This document shows, piece after piece, positions 45,815 to 55,900 of a DNA stretch of 64,000 bases. The DNA is from an uncultured Clostridia bacterium (lineage in GTDB: Bacteria > Bacillota > Clostridia > Christensenellales > Aristaeellaceae): contig CALGBY010000063.1 in assembly GCA_937886445.1 (NCBI GenBank), positions 5,267 through 69,266 on the forward strand, written 5' to 3'. Numbering within the stretch: position 1 is the first letter of the stretch; each line of letters starts with the position of its first letter. Position numbers and translations under genes: made by a program. Below the pieces are notes generated by a model. That model was not told the origin of the DNA. It saw only the letters and a program-made list of their open reading frames with translations, and did no database searches.

Positions 45815-48486
45815 GCTTCATTCCCCCCTTCCTGCAAAACCGCTTCTGCATCATCTGTTTCAGGCAGAGCCTCATCAAACATGGTGTCCTCGGGCATCTC
45901 GGAAACTGTTCTTACATAGCTTCTGGCCGGAACAGCCACGCCGTCCACTTCACGGTCGAAGTTGCTGTAGTTAACATACACACAGCTGCCGTCCTCATAG
46001 TAGGTAGCCGTAAGCTGTTCTCTCAGATTTCTGTGACCGATGATGGAAACACCGTTGAGCCCTTCCATGGTATTCTGGAACTCAATGATCACAGGAATCA
46101 CTTCATCCTTCCATCTGTCATACCCCGCGGACGTATAGCAGCTGTACGCGGAATCCTGAAGCAGGATCGTGTCCGCCTTCATGAAGGTAAAGTTCAGTCC
46201 CGAACCGAATTCCGCGCATTCAAGCAAAGCGGTTTTCCAGTCGCCGGCCATGTTGATCGGCTCACCGGTATAATCCTTCAGCCCGTGAAGCACGATCTGA
46301 TAGAAAGGAACATCCTCATCCAGTATCGCGTAGCTGTTTCCGGAGAGCTCCATATCCGTGATCAGATCCGCATAAGGCACAGCATACAGGTTGCCTGCTT
46401 TAACAGAAACCTTCAGACCCTTGTCAAGAGCGCTTTTCAAGGTCTCCACATTCATCTGCTTTACTTCTTCACGGGTGACCGTATCGCGGTGATAATAATC
46501 CGCGCTGAGAAGACGTCCTATATCACGGAACGCCACACCGGCAGCTCCGTTTTCCGCAAGGTTTTCGATCAGGTTTTCTGCGCATTGTGCGGCATAGGAC
46601 GGCTTCACAAGATAGAACTTGTCCATCCAGGTGCTGCGCTGGAAAGTCACAATGTCAAACGACCAAAGCTCGACCTGTTCACGCGTGGTAAAACGCGCTG
46701 CGTGCATATAAGGAATGAAGCCGTCAAAAAGATTGCTGTCGTAGGCAAAGCATGTGATCCCGTCAAAATAGAGATCCACACCGTTATCCTTTGCTTTCGC
46801 GATAAGGGATTTCATTCCCTTATTCCCGCCAAGCACAGATTCGGTACTCACCTTTGTCAGTACAGTCTGGTTGACGCCGCCGTTCGACCATCCGGTCATA
46901 CGAACGGACAGATCCTTCACACCGTTCGAGAGGAGCTCATCCATGATCTCCCCGGCCTGTTCAAAGGTGGTAACAGGAATCACGCTGTCAACAGGCAGTC
47001 CCGCCTTGGGCACTGTTTTGTTGATCGCACCGACCAGTTCCACGTTCACAGGTATTTCGGTTCCCACTTTATCCCCTGTAAGTACGTCCGCGTACCTTTC
47101 CAGAAGATATGATCTGAACGAATGCGCCATTGCCACATAGTCATTGCCGTCTGTGAAGCGGTATCTCTGTGTGATAACGCAATCCGGGATTTTCCCTTCA
47201 TACATATAGAAGGGATTGTTTGAGGCACCGGTCACCTTGAATTTGTCATAATGGATCACGCTGTATTTCGCGTATACTTCGTTATAACTGCTGATTTTTT
47301 CGGAAATATCGGCTGTGATGCTGGCAAAAGCGTCTCCTTCTTCAATGATGCAGATGAAGGATCCGTCTTCCTGCCCCATACCGAATACAGGAAGAGCGGT
47401 TCTGTTCTCAGTCTTCGCTTCTTCAGCCATCTTCGCGTAATCCATACCGTACAGGTTGGTCACATAGGTGGCCTGCTTGATCTTGTGGTTGTTGTAGCGA
47501 ATGATGGAACCGCCGCCTTCAGGAACAAAAATGAAACCGTCGGTCTCAAGATCAGCCGCGCCGAACATCGGCAGCACAGAAACCGCGACAAGCGGCTCAT
47601 CCGCGCTGCAGCGAATGCTTTCATACGGTACCTTTACGATAAAGTCACCGGTTTCTTTGTCCAGGCTGTAAACGATATCGATGTTGAACACGGGACCGTT
47701 TACCTTCTGCTCAGACTGGACAAGATTCATATTATCGATTTCAAGATCCTCGGCAGTATAGTTAGCATCCGCGAAGTATCCTTCCAGATCCCCCTTCTGT
47801 TTGATGCTCAGATCGGATTTCATAACGTAGATCGTGCCGTTTGCAAGTCCGGGATACTGGGCAAGCAGTTCTTCCTTTTCACTGTCCTTCAGCTTGGAAG
47901 GATCCTTTTTGCTGTACATCTTGCCAACGAGCTTGCTGTTTTTCTTGCCCATCGCAGTCGAGAAAGCGTTAAAGCGTTCTTCACTGATCGCCTGCGGGAT
48001 CTGATAAACGCGCTCGATCTGGCCGATCGTATACTTTACGCGTATGCTGCTGTCATCCGGCTGCTCGATAGCGTAATTTTTATTTTGAATGGAATAGGTG
48101 TAATTGTTCCACTCAATATCGGCGCCGAAGCTGGAATAGACAACAGAGAGCGTGCTGGCAAGAAATTCCCTGTTTTTCTGGATAGGTGCCAGTTTGTCAT
48201 CGGCCCATTTTTGAGGATTGGAATACCAGACCTTTCCGGTCTTTTTTTCAGTAAGCTTAAAGTGGGTCGTCTCGGGATCCATTTCAAACTTCAGCTGTTC
48301 ATTCTCCATCGTGTAGGCTTTTTTACCTTCATCCTCATAATAGAGAATTTCCGCTTCGCCATTGTAATTCTGTTCTTCGGTAGGTTTATAGATCTGCCAG
48401 AACAGATATACAAGCGCCGCAACAGCAATGAGGATCAAAGCCGCTATCACGAGACGGATGAGGAGCTTCTTTCTTTTTCTGTCCAT
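45811..48486 (-). CDS. membrane-anchored large hypothetical protein (DUF5696-like by recollection)
   Basis: An 891-aa protein with an N-terminal TM (LLIRLVIAALILIAVAALVYLFW). Motifs LPVFGMG, MTGWSNGGVNQ and DVPFYQIVLHG are reminiscent of DUF5696 / GH-like TIM-barrel proteins. Confidence 0.75.
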   Translation of the reverse strand: MDRKRKKLLIRLVIAALILIAVAALVYLFWQIYKPTEEQNYNGEAEILYYEDEGKKAYTMENEQLKFEMDPETTHFKLTEKKTGKVWYSNPQKWADDKLAPIQKNREFLASTLSVVYSSFGADIEWNNYTYSIQNKNYAIEQPDDSSIRVKYTIGQIERVYQIPQAISEERFNAFSTAMGKKNSKLVGKMYSKKDPSKLKDSEKEELLAQYPGLANGTIYVMKSDLSIKQKGDLEGYFADANYTAEDLEIDNMNLVQSEQKVNGPVFNIDIVYSLDKETGDFIVKVPYESIRCSADEPLVAVSVLPMFGAADLETDGFIFVPEGGGSIIRYNNHKIKQATYVTNLYGMDYAKMAEEAKTENRTALPVFGMGQEDGSFICIIEEGDAFASITADISEKISSYNEVYAKYSVIHYDKFKVTGASNNPFYMYEGKIPDCVITQRYRFTDGNDYVAMAHSFRSYLLERYADVLTGDKVGTEIPVNVELVGAINKTVPKAGLPVDSVIPVTTFEQAGEIMDELLSNGVKDLSVRMTGWSNGGVNQTVLTKVSTESVLGGNKGMKSLIAKAKDNGVDLYFDGITCFAYDSNLFDGFIPYMHAARFTTREQVELWSFDIVTFQRSTWMDKFYLVKPSYAAQCAENLIENLAENGAAGVAFRDIGRLLSADYYHRDTVTREEVKQMNVETLKSALDKGLKVSVKAGNLYAVPYADLITDMELSGNSYAILDEDVPFYQIVLHGLKDYTGEPINMAGDWKTALLECAEFGSGLNFTFMKADTILLQDSAYSCYTSAGYDRWKDEVIPVIIEFQNTMEGLNGVSIIGHRNLREQLTATYYEDGSCVYVNYSNFDREVDGVAVPARSYVRTVSEMPEDTMFDEALPETDDAEAVLQEGGNEA

Positions 48487-48499
48487 TTCTCACCCCTCC

Positions 48500-49201
48500 T
48501 TAATTCAGCCTGAACACGATTTCACGGTAAATGCTCACAAAATACCCGATCGCATCCGAAAGGAGACTGAAGAATACAAGAATCAGGAAGATGATCACGC
48601 AGGCGCCGAAAACCGTAAACAGAAGGAAGATGAATGTTTTCAGCGGGCTGTAATCATGAATTTCCATCAATCCCACAAATACAAGGAATATGCACCACAC
48701 AATGCTGAAGCCCATCAGAACACTGTAAAATCCCATTTCTTCAAATGTGATCATGTTGCTGATGAGGATCAAAGGCAGCTGGATCAGCACATACGGGACC
48801 AGCGCATAGCACATACCGATGTATATGTTTTTGAATGTACCTTTTCCGTCAAACAACGTCGTAAGGGACCAGTTGGCAAGACACAGGATCAGGAAAGGGA
48901 GAAGCAGAGAAGCAGCTTCTTCAAAAACATTGATATGCTGGATCGGTGTATCGACAAACTGAAAATTAGTGTAGAGCAGTTTAAGCACGCGTGTAAGCAG
49001 GAAAAGGAACAAAAACGTATTGGCGGCTGCAAGGCTTCCCTTTCCTTCATGTGCCAGATCCCAGAAGCCGTCAAAGGGATGCGTGATCACATGAAGCGAA
49101 TAACGAATACCGTTCAGGTATGTGTTCAGCCAACCCTTGAACCCGGCTGAGCGTTCGGATGAAAGCCCGGAAGCATCACTTATTGACTTTCTCATGCTCA
49201 T
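48500..49201 (-). CDS. YIP1-family polytopic membrane protein
   Basis: A 233-aa protein. N-terminal HPFDGFWDLAHEGKGSL followed by five hydrophobic segments, typical of Yip1-domain proteins. Confidence 0.7.
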   Translation of the reverse strand: MSMRKSISDASGLSSERSAGFKGWLNTYLNGIRYSLHVITHPFDGFWDLAHEGKGSLAAANTFLFLFLLTRVLKLLYTNFQFVDTPIQHINVFEEAASLLLPFLILCLANWSLTTLFDGKGTFKNIYIGMCYALVPYVLIQLPLILISNMITFEEMGFYSVLMGFSIVWCIFLVFVGLMEIHDYSPLKTFIFLLFTVFGACVIIFLILVFFSLLSDAIGYFVSIYREIVFRLN

Positions 49202-50726
49202 GGATCATCACCTCCCATTTCATTCTCTTGATCCTGCCGAGAACGACAGGCACGATCAGAAGCACCGCGATAATCAGCACCACCCACCAGATGTTCTGCT
49301 CAACCCAGTATTTCCTGTAAAGCTTGAACGTTCTGCCGTAATTATCTCTGTCATGCGCCATTTCAAAATAATCCATGGCCTGCTGATAATACTCAGGATG
49401 GGTATCACTGCCCTGCTGCAGAAGAGAACGTCCTATTCCTCTGAAGGCCAGCGGATAATTGGCGTTCATTTTCATTACATCACGCCAGGTATCGGAGCTT
49501 GCGTTGTACTCACCGCGGGAATACTGGTCGATCGCATCGTAGATCATCATACCGTATTCTGTGGGAGTAAACACGGTAATGCTGTTCTTCTGCTGGTCCA
49601 GTACAAAAAGGTCATATCCCATATGATCCATTGAGATCGCATTGATGAAGGCGCCGTCAATGTTTCCCTGCGTTCCGAACGCCCACAGCAGCACGCCCTG
49701 GCTGTCATATCCGAAAAGACGTCCTCTTGTTTTGTCCAGCGCCACATAAATGTCATTAATGTTCAGCGCGGTGATATCAGTAAAGCGACTGGGACCGTAC
49801 TGCTGCGTATCACCCTCCTGCCACCAGAGATCTCCGATGGGAGGATAACGGTCATTCTTGATCAGAATATCGTTACCGATACCGTTCAGACGGCGAATCG
49901 GCTTCGCGTTATCCCACTTCAGGTCGTACTCACTGAAGGTCGTCGTGGTCACATAGATAAACCCGTCGTCATCCATGTAAAGGTTGTCGTATTCGGTAGG
50001 TACCGTATTCTCTGTCGCGGCACGCTGCTCATCGCTTTGAATAAAGCGTTTCCAAAGGTATTCACCCATTGTGATGGATACCTGGTTCGCACCCACAAAG
50101 CCGACAAAGGTTCCGTCTGCTTCATACTTGACAAGGCCTTTGTTTACATTCTGCACATTCGCGTATACACGTCCGCTCACGTCCACGGTTATGCGTCTGG
50201 GCAGAAAATCGTTGTCCTGATTGAAAATAGGATTGGTCGGCTTTACGAATTCCTTGATCCAGTTCAGATCCTTATCCACCATGACGATGCGGAAATTCTG
50301 TTTATCCGAAATGTAGATATTGTTATCCTTATCCACAAATACATCCGTAGGCGAATTAAGTTTTGTTACCTCACAGCCCTTGATCTCGGTGATCTCGCGG
50401 ACAAATCTGAAATCACCGTTTTCGCGTGTGGCCTGAATGATCCTGTTGTTGCCGGTATCAGCAATATAAAGGTCATTGTTTCTGATGAAAATACTTTCAG
50501 GGCGGTTCATATCCGAAGTGCCCAGATTCATACTGGTGATCACCGTGCTTATACGGTAGGCGTCCGGTGATTCCATAACATCCTCATAATAATCATAGGT
50601 ATATGTATAGGATGTGCTGAACCCGTCCTTGTTCAGATTGAAGCTGTCATCAGCAAGCGCAGCACATGCCGTCATAAGAAGCACGATACAAAGCAATGCG
50701 CTTACTTTCTTTTTCAGTGTTCTCAC
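49176..50726 (-). CDS. NHL-repeat beta-propeller protein with signal peptide and C-terminal TM anchor
   Basis: Repeated (L/I)Y(I/V)ADxxNxRI(I/V) units: LYIADTGNNRIIQ, IYISDKQNFRIVMV, IYVALDKTRGRLFGYD and LFVLDQQKNSITVF. C-terminal WWVVLIIAVLLIVPVVL. Confidence 0.75.
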   Translation of the reverse strand: MRTLKKKVSALLCIVLLMTACAALADDSFNLNKDGFSTSYTYTYDYYEDVMESPDAYRISTVITSMNLGTSDMNRPESIFIRNNDLYIADTGNNRIIQATRENGDFRFVREITEIKGCEVTKLNSPTDVFVDKDNNIYISDKQNFRIVMVDKDLNWIKEFVKPTNPIFNQDNDFLPRRITVDVSGRVYANVQNVNKGLVKYEADGTFVGFVGANQVSITMGEYLWKRFIQSDEQRAATENTVPTEYDNLYMDDDGFIYVTTTTFSEYDLKWDNAKPIRRLNGIGNDILIKNDRYPPIGDLWWQEGDTQQYGPSRFTDITALNINDIYVALDKTRGRLFGYDSQGVLLWAFGTQGNIDGAFINAISMDHMGYDLFVLDQQKNSITVFTPTEYGMMIYDAIDQYSRGEYNASSDTWRDVMKMNANYPLAFRGIGRSLLQQGSDTHPEYYQQAMDYFEMAHDRDNYGRTFKLYRKYWVEQNIWWVVLIIAVLLIVPVVLGRIKRMKWEVMIHEHEKVNK

Positions 50727-50764
50727 TTTTCATTCCCTCCTTTTCATTCTCGTTCTTATCAGGC

Positions 50765-51988
50765 TCAATCCTTGATACCGGAGGATGCCATGGTCTCCAG
50801 TATCTGGCTCTGGCTGAGGATGAAAATGATAATGGGAACAGATACGATGATCACCTGTGCCGCGGCAGTCTGTCCGGTACGGGCAATACCGCCGGCCTGT
50901 ATCTGCTGAAGCGCGTATACGAGCGTTTTCTTGGATTCTGTGTAGATCAGCGTGCTGGCGGAGGTGTTCCAGAGGCTCTGCACGCTGAAAATGATCACGG
51001 TAAGCCACGCGGGCTTGACATTGGGCATCACAATGCTCCAGAAGATGCGGAACTCACCGGCACCGTCGATATGAGCGGCCTCGATCAGCGCAGTAGGCAG
51101 TCCTTCCATGAACTGCTTCATCATGAACAAACCGATAGGCGCCGCAAAGGCGGGCAAAATGAGTGCCCAGTAGGTATCGATAATATTGAATCTGCTCATG
51201 ATCAGGTAGCTCGGGATACCGGTCACATAGCCGGAGAACATCAGGCAGGTGGTTACAACACCAAAGAACAGCCTTCCGCCCGGGAACTGGTATTTGGCAA
51301 GCACAAAGGCAGCCATACTGGCAATGATCAGGTGACCGAAGGTTCCAACAAACGTGATAAAGAAGGTGTTTACGATATACCTGCTGAACGGCACCCAGCT
51401 CTGCCCCATCGTAACGATCAGATCAGAGAAGTTGTCTGTTGTAGGATGCTGAGCGAAAACCGTCGGCGGGAAGCGGAAAAGCTCGTCCAGCGGCTTAAGC
51501 GATGAGCCCACCATGAAAACCAGCGGAAATACCATCATGACCGCAACCAGCAGCAGCAGGAAATACACGAAAATATCTCCGCCGATCGAACGGTTGGGAT
51601 GACGGCGGTGAACAATGTGATGTTTTTTCTGGATGCGTTCACCGCGAAGCTCGGCCAATCTGTGAAGCTCGTCCGCTCTGGTATGGGAGGCTGTTTCGGA
51701 AGCGGGACGGTGCTTATCGATATAATCATGCACTCTGAGGCCGTTATCCAGCTCCATCGTATAGATTATATCGTCCTTGAGATGAACCGTCATTTGTGTG
51801 CTGACACCGCCGCGGCGGATCTTATCCACACGGTCAATACGCACATAACGGAATTCAGCTTCCGGGGTTTCTTTTCCTTTTCTGATAAATTCGGCGTGAT
51901 CTGCGTAGGCAAAAAGTGTTCCGTGCCACTTTTCTCCGGACGGCATTTTCAATACGCCCGTTGATTTAACGAAATCCACTTCACTCAT
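50765..51988 (-). CDS. carbohydrate ABC permease (MalG-like) fused to a ~125-aa N-terminal cytoplasmic domain
   Basis: The C-terminal 280 aa are a standard permease with an EAA loop (LIEAAHIDGAGEFRIFWSIVMP). The N-terminal MSEVDFVKSTGVLKMPSGEKWHGTLFAYADHAEFI...TVHLKDDIIYTMEL looks like a small beta-rich, PH-like domain. Confidence 0.85.
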   Translation of the reverse strand: MSEVDFVKSTGVLKMPSGEKWHGTLFAYADHAEFIRKGKETPEAEFRYVRIDRVDKIRRGGVSTQMTVHLKDDIIYTMELDNGLRVHDYIDKHRPASETASHTRADELHRLAELRGERIQKKHHIVHRRHPNRSIGGDIFVYFLLLLVAVMMVFPLVFMVGSSLKPLDELFRFPPTVFAQHPTTDNFSDLIVTMGQSWVPFSRYIVNTFFITFVGTFGHLIIASMAAFVLAKYQFPGGRLFFGVVTTCLMFSGYVTGIPSYLIMSRFNIIDTYWALILPAFAAPIGLFMMKQFMEGLPTALIEAAHIDGAGEFRIFWSIVMPNVKPAWLTVIIFSVQSLWNTSASTLIYTESKKTLVYALQQIQAGGIARTGQTAAAQVIIVSVPIIIFILSQSQILETMASSGIKD

Positions 51989-51989
51989 C

Positions 51990-52934
51990 TCAGTTTCCCA
52001 CCTTTGCCAGCAGATTGGTAATGGCCTTCTTGCAAAGGATCATTACAAGGAACAGCAGCGTGGCGATCGCCGACGCATATCCCATTTCAAAGCGGGAGAA
52101 GCCATAGTCAAACAGGTGTGTAACAACCGTTCGGGCGGCATAGTCGGTAGACGGATATCCGCAGAGAGCACGCGGCACATCGCATACATTGAACGCAGAA
52201 GTGATGCTCATTACGGCGCCGAACAGCAGCATGGGCTTCATGCTGGGCAGCGTGATATGATACAGTTCCTGCCAGCGGTTGCGTACACCGTCCACATAAC
52301 CCGCTTCATACATGCTCTTGTCAACGCTCTGAAAACCGGCCACAAAGCTTAGGAAGCCGGTACCCATGCTCATCCAGAGAATGACTACGATCAGGATCGG
52401 CATCATATATTCGGGATTGAGCAGCCACAGAATAGGGGCATCAATAATTCCCAGCTCCATCAGGATAGAGTTGAGATAGCCATATGCGTCTCCGCGGAAA
52501 ATGATGGAGAACACAGTAAAGGCGTTGGCGGCGATGGAGGGGGCATAGAATACTACCACAGCGATCGTTCTCAGCCATTTGGGAAGCTCGTTGATGAACC
52601 ACGCGAACATGAATGAAAGGATATATCCGACCGGTCCGGTGATCACGGCGATGATGAATGTATTCTTGACGGAAGTCAGGAATACTTCATCCTGCAGCAC
52701 GAGGTTCACATAGTTCTGAAAGCCGATGAATCTTGCCGGCTCAAGAATGTTGTAGTAGGTAAAGCTGTAGAAAATGGATGTGCATATCGGCAGGATAAAG
52801 AAGGTGAAGAACAGGATCGCGTAAGGCGCGAGGAAGAGGTAACATACCTTGTTCCTTTTAGCCAGCGCCCAGCCGTGCGCGATATTGTCCTTTTTCATGG
52901 ACATATATCTTGAGGCCAAAGATGCTTCTTTCAT
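51990..52934 (-). CDS. carbohydrate ABC permease (MalF-like)
   Basis: Six-TM pattern and an EAA loop (MYEAGYVDGVRNRWQELYHITLP). Confidence 0.9.
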   Translation of the reverse strand: MKEASLASRYMSMKKDNIAHGWALAKRNKVCYLFLAPYAILFFTFFILPICTSIFYSFTYYNILEPARFIGFQNYVNLVLQDEVFLTSVKNTFIIAVITGPVGYILSFMFAWFINELPKWLRTIAVVVFYAPSIAANAFTVFSIIFRGDAYGYLNSILMELGIIDAPILWLLNPEYMMPILIVVILWMSMGTGFLSFVAGFQSVDKSMYEAGYVDGVRNRWQELYHITLPSMKPMLLFGAVMSITSAFNVCDVPRALCGYPSTDYAARTVVTHLFDYGFSRFEMGYASAIATLLFLVMILCKKAITNLLAKVGN

Positions 52935-52952
52935 TCGTTATTCCCTCCCCTC

Positions 52953-55900
52953 TTATTCCAGCGGCAGGTTGAATTCCCGCCGTTTTACCTTGATCTCTTC
53001 GTTGATCGTACGGGTATAATTGAGCAAGGTCTCTCTCGGATCGGTCTTTTCATTGATCACCTTGCGGATCGCGTTCGTGATATGACGTGTAGTGGAATAA
53101 CCGCCCGCGATTTCCGGGAAGCCCTTAGTATATTTCATCTGACCGGTAAGCACCTTCAGCTGATCGTTGGACCAGGCGAGCATACGGAGCGCTTCCTTGT
53201 TGGCTGTCTGATACCTTGCACTGGCACCCAGAATGCTTTCCATTTCACGGCCGAACTCAGCCTGGGTATCCGCGCTGACCCACCACTTCATGAATTCCCA
53301 CGCGTTGCTCTTGACATTTTCATCATCCGTCGCGATCATCATGCAGCAAAGCCCGTTGGACTGTACAGTGCGGTCGATCGTTCCGTCTTCGCGCAGAGTA
53401 CCAGGAAGCAGCGTAAAGTCCCAAAGACCGCGAATTTCAGGAGCGGAGATCATAAGTGTATTGAAAGTGGAATAGCTTGCGATTCCGATGGGCATCTCGC
53501 CGCTGCGGAACCGGCTTACAAAGTCAAATATCGTAGGCAGACCGTAATCGTTATAGAGGCTGGTATAGGTTTTGAACGCGGCCACACCCGCTTCTTCATC
53601 CAGGCGAGTCTTCTTGGCTCCGTCCGCGTAGATCTCTCCGCCATTCTGGAACACCATGGTGTTGAAAATGGAAATGTCGGCGAGCGCGATATCCGGGAAA
53701 GGAATGGCCACGGTATAGTTATTGCCCTGGATGGTGGGAAGCATCGCGATCAGCTCATCCCAGGTCTGAGGAACCGTAAGTCCCATCTCTTCAAGCATGT
53801 CTGTGCGATAGAAGAGAACATTGTAATTCAGCGTCTCAGGGAGTCCGTAAACGCCCTTGCGTTCACCGTCATCCCAGGTAAGCGTTGAAAGGCTGCTGGA
53901 ATAGGTCGGGTTGTTTTCGTTGTAATAGAAGGGCTTTGTGACCTCGGCAAAATCTTCAAACTGGGTCAGATCCTCAACTGCATTTCGCATCGCGTAGTTC
54001 ACCGCGAACCAGCCGTCAACGCTCAGAACGATATCCGGTCCGTTTCCGGCAACGACCGCGGTAAGGATCGCGTCTGCGGCCACCAGCTTCAGGTTGACGC
54101 CGATTCGTTTGCCGTTCTTTTCCGTCATCGGCGTAAAGCTTTCGTCGATCATGGTCTTCAGCGCGGTACTTTGATCGCGGCCCGTAACGATCCAGATCTC
54201 GATCACGTTGGGATCGTCTTCCTCGTACTTATTTCCGAGTGAATTATAATCTACGAAATAAGAACTGACGCAGCTGTTGATCTCATGAGCGGCTTTGTTG
54301 AAGAAGCCTTCATTATTGGCAGGTACAGTAACATCATCGCCGGTGATCATGATAAGGTCAATATCCAGCTTGCTTTCGGCCATGTTCTGCATAGCCGTTC
54401 CCAGCGAAGTGATATTGTCCTTAAAGTTTGTAAAGGATTCGATCAGCCTGTCTTCATTCCCCACAAACTCTTCAAGCTGAACAGCCAATGTCTGAGCAAC
54501 AGCCACGCGGTCGCTCTTCTGGCCGGTCGTCTTAACAGCATCGTCAACGATCTGGTAGAGCCGCTTGCTCTCTCTGGACATACTTGATTTCAGTTCGGGG
54601 AACTGCTGATACAGCGTGTAATCGCGGAAGCGGTCGGGATTGACACCGGTCACAACCAGCATCTGTCTGTAAATATCGTTCAGACGGCTGATGCTGTTGT
54701 TGATACGCTTGATGATGGAGCCCATATCTCCCAGCGTGACTTCCATACGAATGGTATGCTTGCCGGCTGTAAGATAGAAGCGGTAAGGCACTCCCTCCGC
54801 GTCAGAGAGCGTTTTCATCTCCCATACGGTGGAATAGCCAAACGCTACGCTTCCCAAAGCGTCAAAAGGCACCTCGCCATCGATATATACGGTTCTGCAG
54901 GAGAGCGCGCCGCGCTGATACAGTTGTCTCCCCTTAACGGTAATACTATAGAAACCGTCATTGGGCACCTCAAATTCCCATTCGATCCACTCACCCGGAT
55001 TGGTCCATGCGGTACCGCCGATATAATTCAGCACGGTATGGGTCGTTGAAGAAGGACTGGTTTCAGAAGAGGACCGGTCATAGCGCGCATACAGAGACGG
55101 CTCGCTGCGTCTGCGGGAGCTTTCACCCTCCACGACCACAGATACGCCCTCACTGCTGCTTTCGCGTCCGGCATTGGTTTCCTGATATCCCTCATAGGTA
55201 ATATAGGTGAGAACAGGGCACGCAGAAACAGATGTAACGATCATCGGCTCATTCACGCCCACCAGAGTGATCGTGTTTTCACCTGCATTCAGATAGAAAC
55301 AATAGGGGTCTGTCTGGTATCCCTTGTCATCTCTCAGATATGAATACTGTTTTTCGCCGAAGATCTCTTTCTGGCTGGGACGGATCTCATTGCCCTGGGT
55401 ATCCTTTCCGATCTCGCCGCCATCGGTCCATATACGTGAAAAACGAAGCGTTGAAGCCCCGAAGAACGGCAATTCACCGTTGATCCTGACTTCGCGTTCA
55501 ATATCCACTCCGCGGTCAGGCACCGTATAATAACCGATCTCAATATTGTAGAAAGCCGCTTCGGGTACGGTGATACGCCATGTAACGGCAGACTCATTTC
55601 CGGTGAACACGCCTTCGTTTACCGTGACAGTTTCAGCGCTTTCTTTATCAGAATATACAGGTATGCCCTGCTCACCGACAGCGCCGGTCTCAACAGTGTT
55701 TCCGAGGATCTCAGAAGACACGCCGGCATCCTCTACCGTAAAAGCGGAAATATCCGCTTCAATGCGTTCCCCCTGATAATTCACGGCATCAGAATGCATG
55801 ACCAGATAATCGTCATACTGATCATGACGCCCGATGCTTTCCTCATCAGCTGTGATGCTCAGATCCGTTCCGCTGTATTTGGCCGAATAATCTGCAGCCC

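Noticed and set aside
45706-48513. Two long plus-strand ORFs (468 aa and 420 aa) opposite the 891-aa DUF5696-like gene
   Set aside because: The minus-strand ORF is continuous and has an N-terminal TM. It overlaps its upstream neighbour's stop by 4 nt and sits 13 bp from its downstream neighbour, in operon fashion. The plus-strand products are R/H/F-rich nonsense-like sequence.
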